Assembly (NCBI GenBank): GCA_964578745.1
Contig: CAZODZ010000004.1
Span: forward strand, 1 to 57,832
DNA: 57,832 bases
Source: an uncultured Dehalococcoidales bacterium
Lineage (GTDB): Bacteria > Chloroflexota > Dehalococcoidia > GIF9 > AB-539-J10
Direction of reading: 5' to 3'
Part shown: positions 42,698 to 51,613 of the stretch, piece after piece
Layout of the letters: every line of letters starts with the position of its first letter
How positions within the stretch are numbered: position 1 is the stretch's first letter
The notes under the pieces: generated by a model
Told to the model about the DNA's origin: nothing
Databases searched by the model: none
What the model saw: the letters and a program-made list of their open reading frames with translations, nothing else
Made by a program: the position numbers and the translations under genes

Positions 42698-43600
42698 ATG
42701 GCAGAACCAGACATCAAGCTCACAACGCTCGCGGATGCGGCCCGCCTTATCCCCGATGGGGCACGAGTGCACTTCGGTGGGATGGCGGTACACAACCACC
42801 CCATGGCATTTGTCTACGAGCTGTTGCGACAGGGGACACGGGGCTTGACGGTCGTCAGTCACGTCAGCGCCAGCGACGTTGACATTCTCATAGGCGCGGA
42901 GCGCGTCCGGCGGCTTGAGTTCTCCTACGTGGGGCTCGAAGAATTCGGCACAGCTCCATGCTTCCGTCGCGCCGTACAGAACGGCCGCCTCGAACTATCC
43001 GAATACAGCGAGCCCGTGGCATTTGAGCGCTTTGCATGCAGTGCCCGCGGGATGCCCTTCTTCACCACTCGGGAGATGGTTGGAACCGATCTGCCATCAG
43101 TGAATCCGGACATAAAAGAGATTGACGACCCGTTCGGCAGCGGGAAATACCATGCAGTCTCGGCAGCGGAACCGGAATGGGTCATCATCCACGCTATTGC
43201 CGGTGACCGGTACGGTAACGTGTTGTTCTTCCCATACAGGCAACTTCCCGAAGACCTGGACCTCACTGCATCGCGCGGCACGCGTAACCTCATAGTGACC
43301 GTCGAGCGCATTGTATCGCACGAAAGGGTTCGACAATTGCCCTACCTGAACCTCATCCCCCGCTTCCGGACAACCGCAATCGTCGAGGTGCCCTATGGGG
43401 CACATCCGTTCTCGTGCCTGCATGTGTACGAGCAGGACAGGGACCATCTGGCCCTGTACGCCAGGATCGGAAGGGATCCTGCCGAGTTTGAGCGGTACCT
43501 GGAACGATACGTTTACGGAGTGCAGCGGCACAACGAGTATCTCGAACTGATCGGCGCGGCGAAGCTCGCCTCGCTACGACAGGTGGGAGTCAGCATATGA
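42698..43600 (+). CDS. Family I CoA-transferase-like alpha subunit (GctA-like)
   Basis: GARVHFGG, PMAFVYELLRQG, SYVGLE, IHA..GDRYGN, VEVPYGAHP. Confidence 0.85.
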   Translation: MAEPDIKLTTLADAARLIPDGARVHFGGMAVHNHPMAFVYELLRQGTRGLTVVSHVSASDVDILIGAERVRRLEFSYVGLEEFGTAPCFRRAVQNGRLELSEYSEPVAFERFACSARGMPFFTTREMVGTDLPSVNPDIKEIDDPFGSGKYHAVSAAEPEWVIIHAIAGDRYGNVLFFPYRQLPEDLDLTASRGTRNLIVTVERIVSHERVRQLPYLNLIPRFRTTAIVEVPYGAHPFSCLHVYEQDRDHLALYARIGRDPAEFERYLERYVYGVQRHNEYLELIGAAKLASLRQVGVSI

Positions 43601-44415
43601 GCGCCACGACAGCCACAGTCTATGAGATCATGGCCGGCGTGATAGCGCGTGAACTGAGGGACTACGAACTGTGGTTCCTGGGAATGTCCACGGGGCCCGA
43701 GACGATACTCATGCTCACACGGGTACCGATAGCTGCGATGGCGCTGGCCCAGCGAACTCACGCGCCCAATTCATGGATGCTCGTTGCGGGGTGGATCATG
43801 AACCCCGATGTGAACAAGGCGCCTACGAGCATGGAGAGCGAGTTCGGAACGACGCTTGGCGAGTGGCCGACAGAGGCATACAACAACAGCCTCACCATGT
43901 CCTATGTCGCAGCCCGGCACGAGATTGATGTCGGCTTCGGCTCGGCAGCCCAGGTGGACAAGTACGGCAACTGTAACACTGTGGTCATCGGCCAGTACGC
44001 AAGACCGAAGGTGCGCCTCGTCGGTCCAATCAACCAGCCAGGCCACTTCTCTCTGTTCGGCAGAGAGATAATCATCATTCCTCACGAACGGCGCAATTTC
44101 GTCGACAGGGTCGACTTCATTTCGGGAGCCGGCTACCTCAGCGGTCCGGGGGAGAGAGAGAAGAAGGGCCTTCACCGGGGAGGGCCCGTGATGATACTCA
44201 CGGACAAGGCGGTCTTCCGGTTCGCGAAGGATACCAGGCTTGCCACGCTTGCATCGGTCCATCCCGGCTGCACCGTCGAGGAGGTAGTCGCCAACACCGG
44301 CTTTACCCACCAGTATGTGCCACCAAGCGTGCCCGAAACTGAGCCTCCAACAGCCGGGGAGCTGAGGCTGCTGCGGGAAGAGATCGACCCGGCAGGCGCG
44401 ATGTTGCCCCGCTGA
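43597..44415 (+). CDS. Family I CoA-transferase-like beta subunit (GctB-like)
   Basis: LAQRTHAP, AQVDKYGNCN, DFISG, SVHPG, NTGF; ATGA overlap with alpha subunit. Confidence 0.85.
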   Translation: MSATTATVYEIMAGVIARELRDYELWFLGMSTGPETILMLTRVPIAAMALAQRTHAPNSWMLVAGWIMNPDVNKAPTSMESEFGTTLGEWPTEAYNNSLTMSYVAARHEIDVGFGSAAQVDKYGNCNTVVIGQYARPKVRLVGPINQPGHFSLFGREIIIIPHERRNFVDRVDFISGAGYLSGPGEREKKGLHRGGPVMILTDKAVFRFAKDTRLATLASVHPGCTVEEVVANTGFTHQYVPPSVPETEPPTAGELRLLREEIDPAGAMLPR

Positions 44416-44419
44416 GACC

Positions 44420-45643
44420 TCAGGCAAAGAAGCCGAAGCGGCGGTGGCGCAGCCCGTCGTGGAGCTTCTTCTTCCCCTCGTCGGTCAGAAACAGTTCGTC
44501 ACCACTCGACGTGACCAGCCCTTCCTCAAACAGTTCCTCAATTATCCCCGCGAAGTTCTTGCGGTAATCGAATCCGGCCGCGGGACTACGGTGTCTGGAG
44601 TAGGGCAGCTCGTCCGGCGTAAATGTCTGGTCGTAGCGCATGATGATGTCACGTCGGTTATGCAGGTCACACAGCGCCAGCAAGGTCCACATCTTGAAGA
44701 AATTCCATCGCTGCCGTCCGAAATCGTCTTCACGTCGGCCCTCGACACCGGCAGGGACCACCCGCTGGCGACGTGCGACAGGCACAACGTCGAGCGAGAG
44801 CTCTACCGCAGACCGCAGGACAAGCAGGCCGATGCCAATGGCGACAATCGAATCGGCCTGCACGACACCATGGCCAGCGAGTACAAGCGCCCCAACAATG
44901 CACCCGGACTGCAGCACGTGTTTCCTGCTATCGATCGACTGAGACAGAAGGGCAAGGCTTCCGCTCCCTTTGCCAACGGCACGCTGGTAGAGGCTGAGTG
45001 CAAGCGAGACACCTCCCGTCACCGCTGCCGCAGCTATCACTATCGGCTGTGAGCTGACAGTGACAGGTTGCATCAGACGTGAGACTCCCTCGTACACCAC
45101 CACTCCTCCGATAGTCCCCGTGATCGCTATCATGAACGCGGCGGACGTAAGCTCACGCCCAACGCGGACACCCAGCAGGACAATACATGTCGACAATAAG
45201 TCTATGAGACTGTCAAGGCCATCAGCAACGAGCGACAGGCTCATGAACGCGAACCCCATCAGCAGTTTCACCACAACAAGGATCCCATTCGATGCCACGG
45301 ACACCTTGGATGCGGTGGCCGGGCTGTAGAAAATTGCCGTGAAGCTGTCTTCATTCTGCCGCGCTCGCTGATAAGCCGCCTCGGCAGCAACCTCTCCTTC
45401 AGCTGTGAGCCTGTAGACGTCTCCTTCCCGTACGACCAGCCCGCGCTTGACAAGCGCGGCAAGGTTGTCTTCAAGCTCGCGGTGGAATGTCCAGCCCCGG
45501 TCGTCCAGGGCGAACGTCACGGGCAACCCCATGTAGTGAAGCAGGCGCTCATACTCTGCACGCAGTCCACGCTGTGTCTGCGGTCCACGCCGCAGGGCCA
45601 TGAGAATAAACGGCTGGTGCCCTCTAAGACGGCTCGAAATCAT
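44420..45643 (-). CDS. Cation diffusion facilitator family transporter flanked by winged-helix-like domains
   Basis: VKLLMG..SLSLVADGLDSLID CDF signature; LVKRGLV...YRLTAEG and EEGLV...LFLTDEG wHTH-like ends. Confidence 0.75.
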   Translation of the reverse strand: MISSRLRGHQPFILMALRRGPQTQRGLRAEYERLLHYMGLPVTFALDDRGWTFHRELEDNLAALVKRGLVVREGDVYRLTAEGEVAAEAAYQRARQNEDSFTAIFYSPATASKVSVASNGILVVVKLLMGFAFMSLSLVADGLDSLIDLLSTCIVLLGVRVGRELTSAAFMIAITGTIGGVVVYEGVSRLMQPVTVSSQPIVIAAAAVTGGVSLALSLYQRAVGKGSGSLALLSQSIDSRKHVLQSGCIVGALVLAGHGVVQADSIVAIGIGLLVLRSAVELSLDVVPVARRQRVVPAGVEGRREDDFGRQRWNFFKMWTLLALCDLHNRRDIIMRYDQTFTPDELPYSRHRSPAAGFDYRKNFAGIIEELFEEGLVTSSGDELFLTDEGKKKLHDGLRHRRFGFFA

Positions 45644-46086
45644 GTTCCACGCCGGCTATCTCTCTGAGGCTACAACGTTCGACGGCTGCCACCCAGTCGC
45701 CACCATCTCCGTCATCGACATTACTATCATCACTTTCCGTCGCGAGGTTCTTCCCTCGACTGTCTCGCCATTGGGCATCCTTCTTCTCGCCTGTGCCACC
45801 CGCAACGGCGGCGACAAGACCGGACAGGACACCCGGAACGATTCAGGCAACTACTTGAGTATCAATCGTATTATGTCCTATGGAACAATCACGACGGCCG
45901 CCATCGCAACAGATGCAAAGGCCGTTGCGACATATCTATCTATGAGACATATCCATCTACTGATCCCGGTCCTCCCTGTAGAAACGCTGTCAGCACAGGA
46001 GGACACACAATGACGTCTCGACGGCAGCAACCACCTATCGTACAGGATGAACAGCACGATGGAAACAGTTGAGTCCGACGGGCGAC

Positions 46087-46941
46087 TCAGAAACACCATT
46101 CTATTCTCCCGCCAAGGCCACATGAGTCAGCCACCTGTTGAACGCGGGAGCGAAGTTCTACCTCGTACGATGGGTCAGTGTTGAAGAGCACGCGCCGGTA
46201 CTCGGCAACAAGGTCGGGAGCACATGCCTCGACAGCTGCCCTCGTGTCTTTCCACATGCCTGCGCGCCGGTTCAGCCGGTCAACAAACAGAAAGTCCGGT
46301 GAGGCGGCCGCAACGTGCTGGAACAGACGGACCAACCCCTCACCACGGTCTGACAATCCGGGCAGCAGAGGTCCGAGGAACACGAATGTCCGCAGCCCAC
46401 ACTCGCGTGCCAAACGCAGCACTCGCAACCTTTCTGAAGGAGAAGAGGCACCGGGTTCGAATACGCCAGCCTGCCTCTCGCTCATCGAGGTAAGCGTCAC
46501 TCCAAGAGTCACATTGTGCCGTCCCTCGAGGATGTCCAGGTCTCTCCCGATCAGCGCACTCTTTGTCTGCAGAAAGAGCGGGAAGCCTGATTCAACCAGC
46601 AGTTGCAGGCAGCGACGCGTGATGCTGTACGTCTGCTCGACCGGCTGCCACGCGTCACAGACCGAACTCACGTAGACGGTACCACGTGGCGCGCACTCAA
46701 GTTGACGCTCAAGGATCTCAGGCACATTGATACGCACGTCGACGTACCGGCCCCACGCCTCACCAACGTGGGAGAAGCGCGTTGCGAACCTCGCATAGCA
46801 ATATACGCACCCGTGCACACAGCCTGCATACGGATTCACACAATAGGGAAACAACCTCGACCGCACCAGCGCAGACTTTACCTTCACAACACGAACAACA
46901 ACACTATGTCCGGAAGGAAGCATCAGCACCGCTGGTATCAC
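46087..46941 (-). CDS. Radical SAM protein, spore photoproduct lyase-like family
   Basis: NPYAGCVHGCVYCYA (CxxxCxxC), SSVCDAWQP, TKS; start uncertain. Confidence 0.88.
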   Translation of the reverse strand: MIPAVLMLPSGHSVVVRVVKVKSALVRSRLFPYCVNPYAGCVHGCVYCYARFATRFSHVGEAWGRYVDVRINVPEILERQLECAPRGTVYVSSVCDAWQPVEQTYSITRRCLQLLVESGFPLFLQTKSALIGRDLDILEGRHNVTLGVTLTSMSERQAGVFEPGASSPSERLRVLRLARECGLRTFVFLGPLLPGLSDRGEGLVRLFQHVAAASPDFLFVDRLNRRAGMWKDTRAAVEACAPDLVAEYRRVLFNTDPSYEVELRSRVQQVADSCGLGGRIEWCF

Positions 46942-47029
46942 CGTACAGCGCAGAACAGACTATCCAGTCTTTCAGTGAGCATGAAAGACAACAGCACAAA
47001 CTCTCTACACCAGCACCACATCACCACGC

Positions 47030-47172
47030 CTGGGCTACCCCTCGTCCCCGAAGTCAGGATGCAGACAGACCTACCCTCCCTGACCCGAATTAACTCTCCC
47101 TCCTACCTCCGTGCTTACAGGGGAGCTACGAAGGCTGTCCTCGGGCGGGGACGAAGGGCACCCTCGACGGTA
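47030..47172 (-). ncRNA. Candidate structured RNA (rod-like), family unassigned
   Basis: 13-bp closing helix plus nested helices; upstream TTGCGC-16-TACGAT promoter. Confidence 0.45.
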
Positions 47173-47303
47173 CAGCTAATCGTACCACAGAATATTTCCG
47201 GCGCAAGTATTGGATTACGAATGAAAATGGTCCGACAGGATTATTATTCCCCCGGCTTCACAGTCAACTTGCGCCCCGGCAATACATCTGGTAGCGTAGA
47301 ATC

Positions 47304-47450
47304 GTCCCGGGTGACTGAACCTTGGTTCGGGGGGTCCGCTGGGCGGAAGCTGTGGGGAGCGGTGCGCTGTAAGCCGCCGCGGTTGATGGGCTGAAGCCGG
47401 AAGACGGTCTCCGCAGGACCGGAAGGCAAGGCCACCCGGGGCGCGTTTCT
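47304..47450 (+). ncRNA. Candidate structured RNA, family unassigned (6S-like closing stem)
   Basis: CCCGGGUG/CACCCGGG closing stem, internal helices, TTGCGC-17-TAGCGT promoter, pyrimidine tract downstream. Confidence 0.45.
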
Positions 47451-47548
47451 TTCTCTACTTCTCTCGCCGTTTCACTCGAGCATCCCCTTGTACCACCAAG
47501 GTTGACCGCCAACCATAGAGCGGCTATTCGCCCCCATCCGGAGGTGAG

Positions 47549-48435
47549 GTGATTCAGAGGATCCTGGCCCCCATCGACGGCTCCGAGCAAACAGAGGCGA
47601 TTCTCCCTTACCTTGAAGAGCTTGCCCGGCGACTCTCCTCGAGCATCGTTCTCCTTCTCGTATACCCTCCTTGCTTTGCGGTCACAAAGGAACCTCCATT
47701 TCCAGTACGTTAATCGTTTGCACAGAGAGTCTCAGCAGCCGGACCGGCAACAAAGTCCACGTGGAAGGAGTGGCACTGAAGAGAACACCCGACGAGGAAA
47801 TTGCCCAGTATGCTTCGCGCACCGACGTGAGATTGGTTGTCGCCACCCCCACAGCCAGAAGAGCGCCGGACGCTGGACCGTCGGCAGGACTGCCGACAAG
47901 GTGATACGAGAGACGGGCAAGCCTGTCCTTCTCGCTTCAGGTCTCACCACCTCTGTGGCTAGGACCGAGAGGCTGCCGACGCGCGCAATGATATCGCTCG
48001 ATGGCTAACGCGCGAGCAGGGCTGTGCTGTCGTTTGTGGAGATAATCCTCGCTGCGTTGCCGGCAAACGAGCCTCGGAGCATCATCCTGATGCCTGCACT
48101 CCCCGCAGGGCACTATGCCTCCGGACCTCTCGCTGCTCGGCGCCTACCGTACACACCCACGAAACCCTCCGGCCTCAGGAGTCAGGTAGCACAGCACTTC
48201 GAGGAAGTGTCCATGGGGGATTAAGGAGTGGAAGCTCTCCGTGGAGAATCATATCGCAGTCGGCGACCCAGCGACTACGATCACGGGGTCGGTGATTGCC
48301 CTCAAGGCCGATTTCATTGCCATGACCACGCCCGGCTTCCCCGGATTCAGCAGGCTATTCCTGCACAGCGTTGCTGACACGGTGCTGCACACCGCCACCA
48401 CACCTCTTCTGCTTCCCAAGCCTCTTCAGGCATGA
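47549..48435 (+). pseudogene. Tandem-domain universal stress protein remnant
   Basis: IQRILAPIDGS, GRTADKVIRETGKPVLL, GDPATTI, HSVADTVLHTATTPLL across several frames and stops. Confidence 0.85.
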
Positions 48436-48455
48436 GCATGCGACCACGAGCGGTG

Positions 48456-49217
48456 TTACGCCGCCTTCCGGCAGAGATAGAACAGGCGTTCGGCCCCCGG
48501 CAACGAGGATGAAACGAGCGCTCCGCCATCAAAGGAAAGGACATCGACGAGAACCAGGGCCGACATCGCCAGCGCGTCCAATATCTCGTCCTGGCTGTAG
48601 CACCGCTGCGTTAGCCTGATTTCTTCAGTTGTGCTCACTAACCCTCCAACCAGGTGCTCGATTGTGACTGAGAAGACGCCGAGGCGTCTCCGCTGCCGGT
48701 ACGTAAGCAGTGTCGTTATACGCATGTCGACATCAATGATGCGTTCGCAGTCGTTCCAGTGCTCAAGATATGCAGTTTCGGTATTGAGATCGAACAGGAA
48801 CCATCCGCCCGGTGCCATGCTGGCGCGCACGCACGCAAACGCCGCTTTCAGCTCCTCGACCGTCAGCATGTGGTTGAGACTGTCGAACATGCAGGCAACG
48901 CCATCGAACACGGAGGTGAACCCAAAGCACCGCGCGTCAGCCTGCACCAGCGTGGCACCGGGCAATCGCCTTCTGGCGTATTCGAGCATGGGCCGTGACC
49001 CGTCCAATCCAACGACCTCAATACCTCCCGCCGCGAGGTCAGCCAGCAGGACTCCCGTTCCGCAACAGAGATCAAGCACTCTCGCGCTGCCAGGCAGTCT
49101 GGGCAGGAGGATAAGCGCTACGGCTGACGTGAAGCAGCGGCTGGTCTGTGTCCAGTGTCTGTCGTACACGTCGGCAAAACGATCGTAGCAATCGGCGCGA
49201 CTCGAAATACCTCTCAA
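48456..49217 (-). CDS. Class I SAM-dependent methyltransferase
   Basis: VLDLCCGTG, GLDGS, QADAR, DSLNH, PGGWFLFD; TTG start. Confidence 0.9.
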   Translation of the reverse strand: MRGISSRADCYDRFADVYDRHWTQTSRCFTSAVALILLPRLPGSARVLDLCCGTGVLLADLAAGGIEVVGLDGSRPMLEYARRRLPGATLVQADARCFGFTSVFDGVACMFDSLNHMLTVEELKAAFACVRASMAPGGWFLFDLNTETAYLEHWNDCERIIDVDMRITTLLTYRQRRRLGVFSVTIEHLVGGLVSTTEEIRLTQRCYSQDEILDALAMSALVLVDVLSFDGGALVSSSLPGAERLFYLCRKAA

Positions 49218-49309
49218 GACCTGCCCATCCGTGCGACGCTGCAGGACAGTAACGGTTCCACAAACCCAGTATGTAATGGCCGAGGGTGGCCGATCAAGCG
49301 AGAGCCGAG

Positions 49310-49350
49310 AAAAGGGCCGGGCCCCGGAGGAGGGCTGGATACCGGGGCCC
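49310..49350 (-). terminator. Terminator-like hairpin in methyltransferase leader
   Basis: GGGCCCCGG/CCGGGGCCC 9-bp stem, 14-nt loop, then GGCCCUUUU. Confidence 0.5.
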
Positions 49351-49549
49351 GTATGGACAAGAGGAGAGAAGACAGCGAAACAGCGAACGGAGTATCACCC
49401 GAGGACAGAGGGAGTGGGACAAGCCAAAGGAGGTGGTCGCCGTCTCTCCTGCTTCCACAATGTTGGGACTTGTAATGTACTCTGTCGCACTCGACTCCTC
49501 TGTCGAAACAAAGGCAGGCTCTGAAAATTATTTCGTATGCGACATAGGT

Positions 49550-49578
49550 AGTGTAGAGCATCTCTAAGTCTTTGTCAA
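49550..49578 (-). promoter_or_regulatory. Sigma70 promoter divergent from MarR
   Basis: TTGACA (49578-49573), 17 bp spacer, TACACT (49555-49550). Confidence 0.7.
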
Positions 49579-49751
49579 GACCACCGCAACATTTTCTCCA
49601 CAAATTCACAGACACATCCCATTGGGATTCACGAACTTGTCCGACACTTATAATCGCATGCGAACTATTGCTCAACGCTAGATTTCCAGTGGAGTATCAT
49701 ATCGTATAAGATGTGATTGGCGCCGTTGCTGCCATCGTAAAACCAGTGCGT

Positions 49752-49769
49752 TATGCGATGCTTCGCATA
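49752..49769. promoter_or_regulatory. Inverted repeat, candidate MarR operator
   Basis: TATGCGA-TGCT-TCGCATA upstream of MarR gene. Confidence 0.45.
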
Positions 49770-49822
49770 CGTGATAAAATCCGGCGTCAACACTGTGACC
49801 ACGTATACTTGGAGGCTACTTC

Positions 49823-50374
49823 ATGAGTGAGGATAGTGGTCCCGCCTATGACTACCGGCTGGATCCAATAAACAACGACGATGACTACAACCTTCTCGCG
49901 CTGATTAACCAAACTTCACACGCGTTCAGCCTTTCCAGAACACGTGAGCTGAGCAAGTACGGTCTGAGTATGATGCGTGCTGCTGTGCTCCTTGTGCTGC
50001 AGGTGCGCGATAACAACGCCACACCGTCCGAGATCTCGCAGTGGCTGTTGCGAGAGCCCCATACCATCTCTGCATTGCTTGACAGGATGGAGAAGGATGG
50101 GCTCATACGTCGCTACAGGGATATGCACAAGAAGAACACAGTGCGTGTTGCGATGACACAGAAGGGACGATGGGCATACGAGAAGTCGCTTGAACGCAAG
50201 ACGTTTCACGAGGTGATGTCCGTGCTTTCAGAAGAGGAGAGAGAAAACCTGCGGACCGCGATGACCAAGCTCTGGCTGCGGTCCCTGCAGGAGGTGAAAC
50301 ACGAGGTCGCGTGGGCAACTACAGCGCCTTCGCACGTGCCCATACAGAATGGCAGCAGTTCGGACGGCAACTAG
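49823..50374 (+). CDS. MarR family transcriptional regulator (paralog of 41103-41597)
   Basis: EISQWLLREPHTISALLDRMEKDGLI...MTQKG; GGAGG RBS. Confidence 0.9.
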   Translation: MSEDSGPAYDYRLDPINNDDDYNLLALINQTSHAFSLSRTRELSKYGLSMMRAAVLLVLQVRDNNATPSEISQWLLREPHTISALLDRMEKDGLIRRYRDMHKKNTVRVAMTQKGRWAYEKSLERKTFHEVMSVLSEEERENLRTAMTKLWLRSLQEVKHEVAWATTAPSHVPIQNGSSSDGN

Positions 50375-50985
50375 CGCGGCCCGATGTGCAACAGCGCATC
50401 ATGCCTGCTGTCCCGTGTCCCATTGACGCCGGTTCCGCTGTGGACCTGTGCCCCCCGTGGCGACACAGCCGCAACCGCTGGTGCACGTCCGCCACGGTTC
50501 CGGGCATGGACACGATATTCAGCCGAACAGCGGATCCGATAGGTGTGCTGGCAATCCGGATTGCCAGCCAGGTGCGTTCTCAACTCCGCCGGCAACGGAC
50601 ACCGGAGACAATAAGCCGCTCTGTCAATTCATAAGGACATAGCAGGCATCCCAGACAGAACGCCCTCCCACCCGGAAAAGCCGGCTAGCGCAGCCTTCGA
50701 TCCGAACCTCGCCCGGCCTTCGCGTGCCCTCAACTAATGAGATGAGCAGACCGGCGCCCGAACATTCCATCACCGTCCAACCACCATCCCTCACACTGAA
50801 GGCAGCGGCCGACGCACTCGAGTCCAGCCGCATACGATTCTTCCCCAATCAATCCAGACACAATCCGTATCGGAAACACGAGAGAGACTGTACACGACTG
50901 TAGCCGAGAGTGCGGGGGTCACAGCTCTTGTGCCCTGCTGACACCTCTGGTAACATGAAGCGCCCATCATAGCAGGAGATCCTCG

Positions 50986-51564
50986 TTGGACGTCCACGAA
51001 CTGATACTCAAGACACGCAGCTATCGCCGCTTCCACGAGAACATACCAGTCCCGACCTCGACACTGCGCGAACTTGTCGAGATGGCCCGCATTGCCCAAT
51101 CACCATGGAACCGCCAGGCAGTGAAGTTCCTCTTCTCCAACCGGCCCGAGAAGAACGCCGAGATATTTCCTCTGCTGGCTTGGGCATCAAGGATGCCGGA
51201 CTGGCCCGGCCCAGCGGAGGGCGAGCGTCCCGCAGCATACATAATCATTCTCGGGGACAGAGAAATCACCAGGTCATTCAACTTCGACCACGTCGTCGCC
51301 GGAACAGCCATCCTCCTCGGGGCTACCGAGCGTGGCCTTGGCGGATGTCTTATTGGGGCCTTCAGCAAGAAGAGGATGGCCGCAGTCACCAGCGTGTCCG
51401 ACCGGTTCGAACCGCTTCTCGTAGTCGCACTCGGCAAGCCAAACGAGACCATAATGCTGGATCCGGTGGGGCCGGACGGGAACACCGACTACTGGAACGA
51501 CGCGAATGGTGTCCACCACGTCCCAAAACGTTCTCTCGATGAACTGATACTCGGCGAGCTCTGA
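50986..51564 (+). CDS. Nitroreductase family protein
   Basis: RSYRRF, QSPWNRQ, VALGKP, HHVPKRSLDE; TTG after AGGAG. Confidence 0.88.
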   Translation: MDVHELILKTRSYRRFHENIPVPTSTLRELVEMARIAQSPWNRQAVKFLFSNRPEKNAEIFPLLAWASRMPDWPGPAEGERPAAYIIILGDREITRSFNFDHVVAGTAILLGATERGLGGCLIGAFSKKRMAAVTSVSDRFEPLLVVALGKPNETIMLDPVGPDGNTDYWNDANGVHHVPKRSLDELILGEL

Positions 51565-51613
51565 CGCTGTAGCATGCGCTATTGGAGACAGCGCATACGG
51601 GCGTTCGGTTCCG

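Noticed and set aside
45629-45956. Broken hydrophobic ORF pieces after GGGAGG-ATG, possible small membrane gene remnant
   Set aside because: Multiple stops and shifts; no assignable family
47310-47360. ZTP riboswitch resemblance (GUGACUG...GGGGAGC)
   Set aside because: No GGCG/CGCC pseudoknot or P3, and no purine/folate gene downstream
47412-47432. SRP RNA helix 8 resemblance (CAGGACCGGAAGGCAAGG)
   Set aside because: Lacks the AGCAG strand, the U-A pair is replaced by a mismatch, and it is not at the apex of the fold
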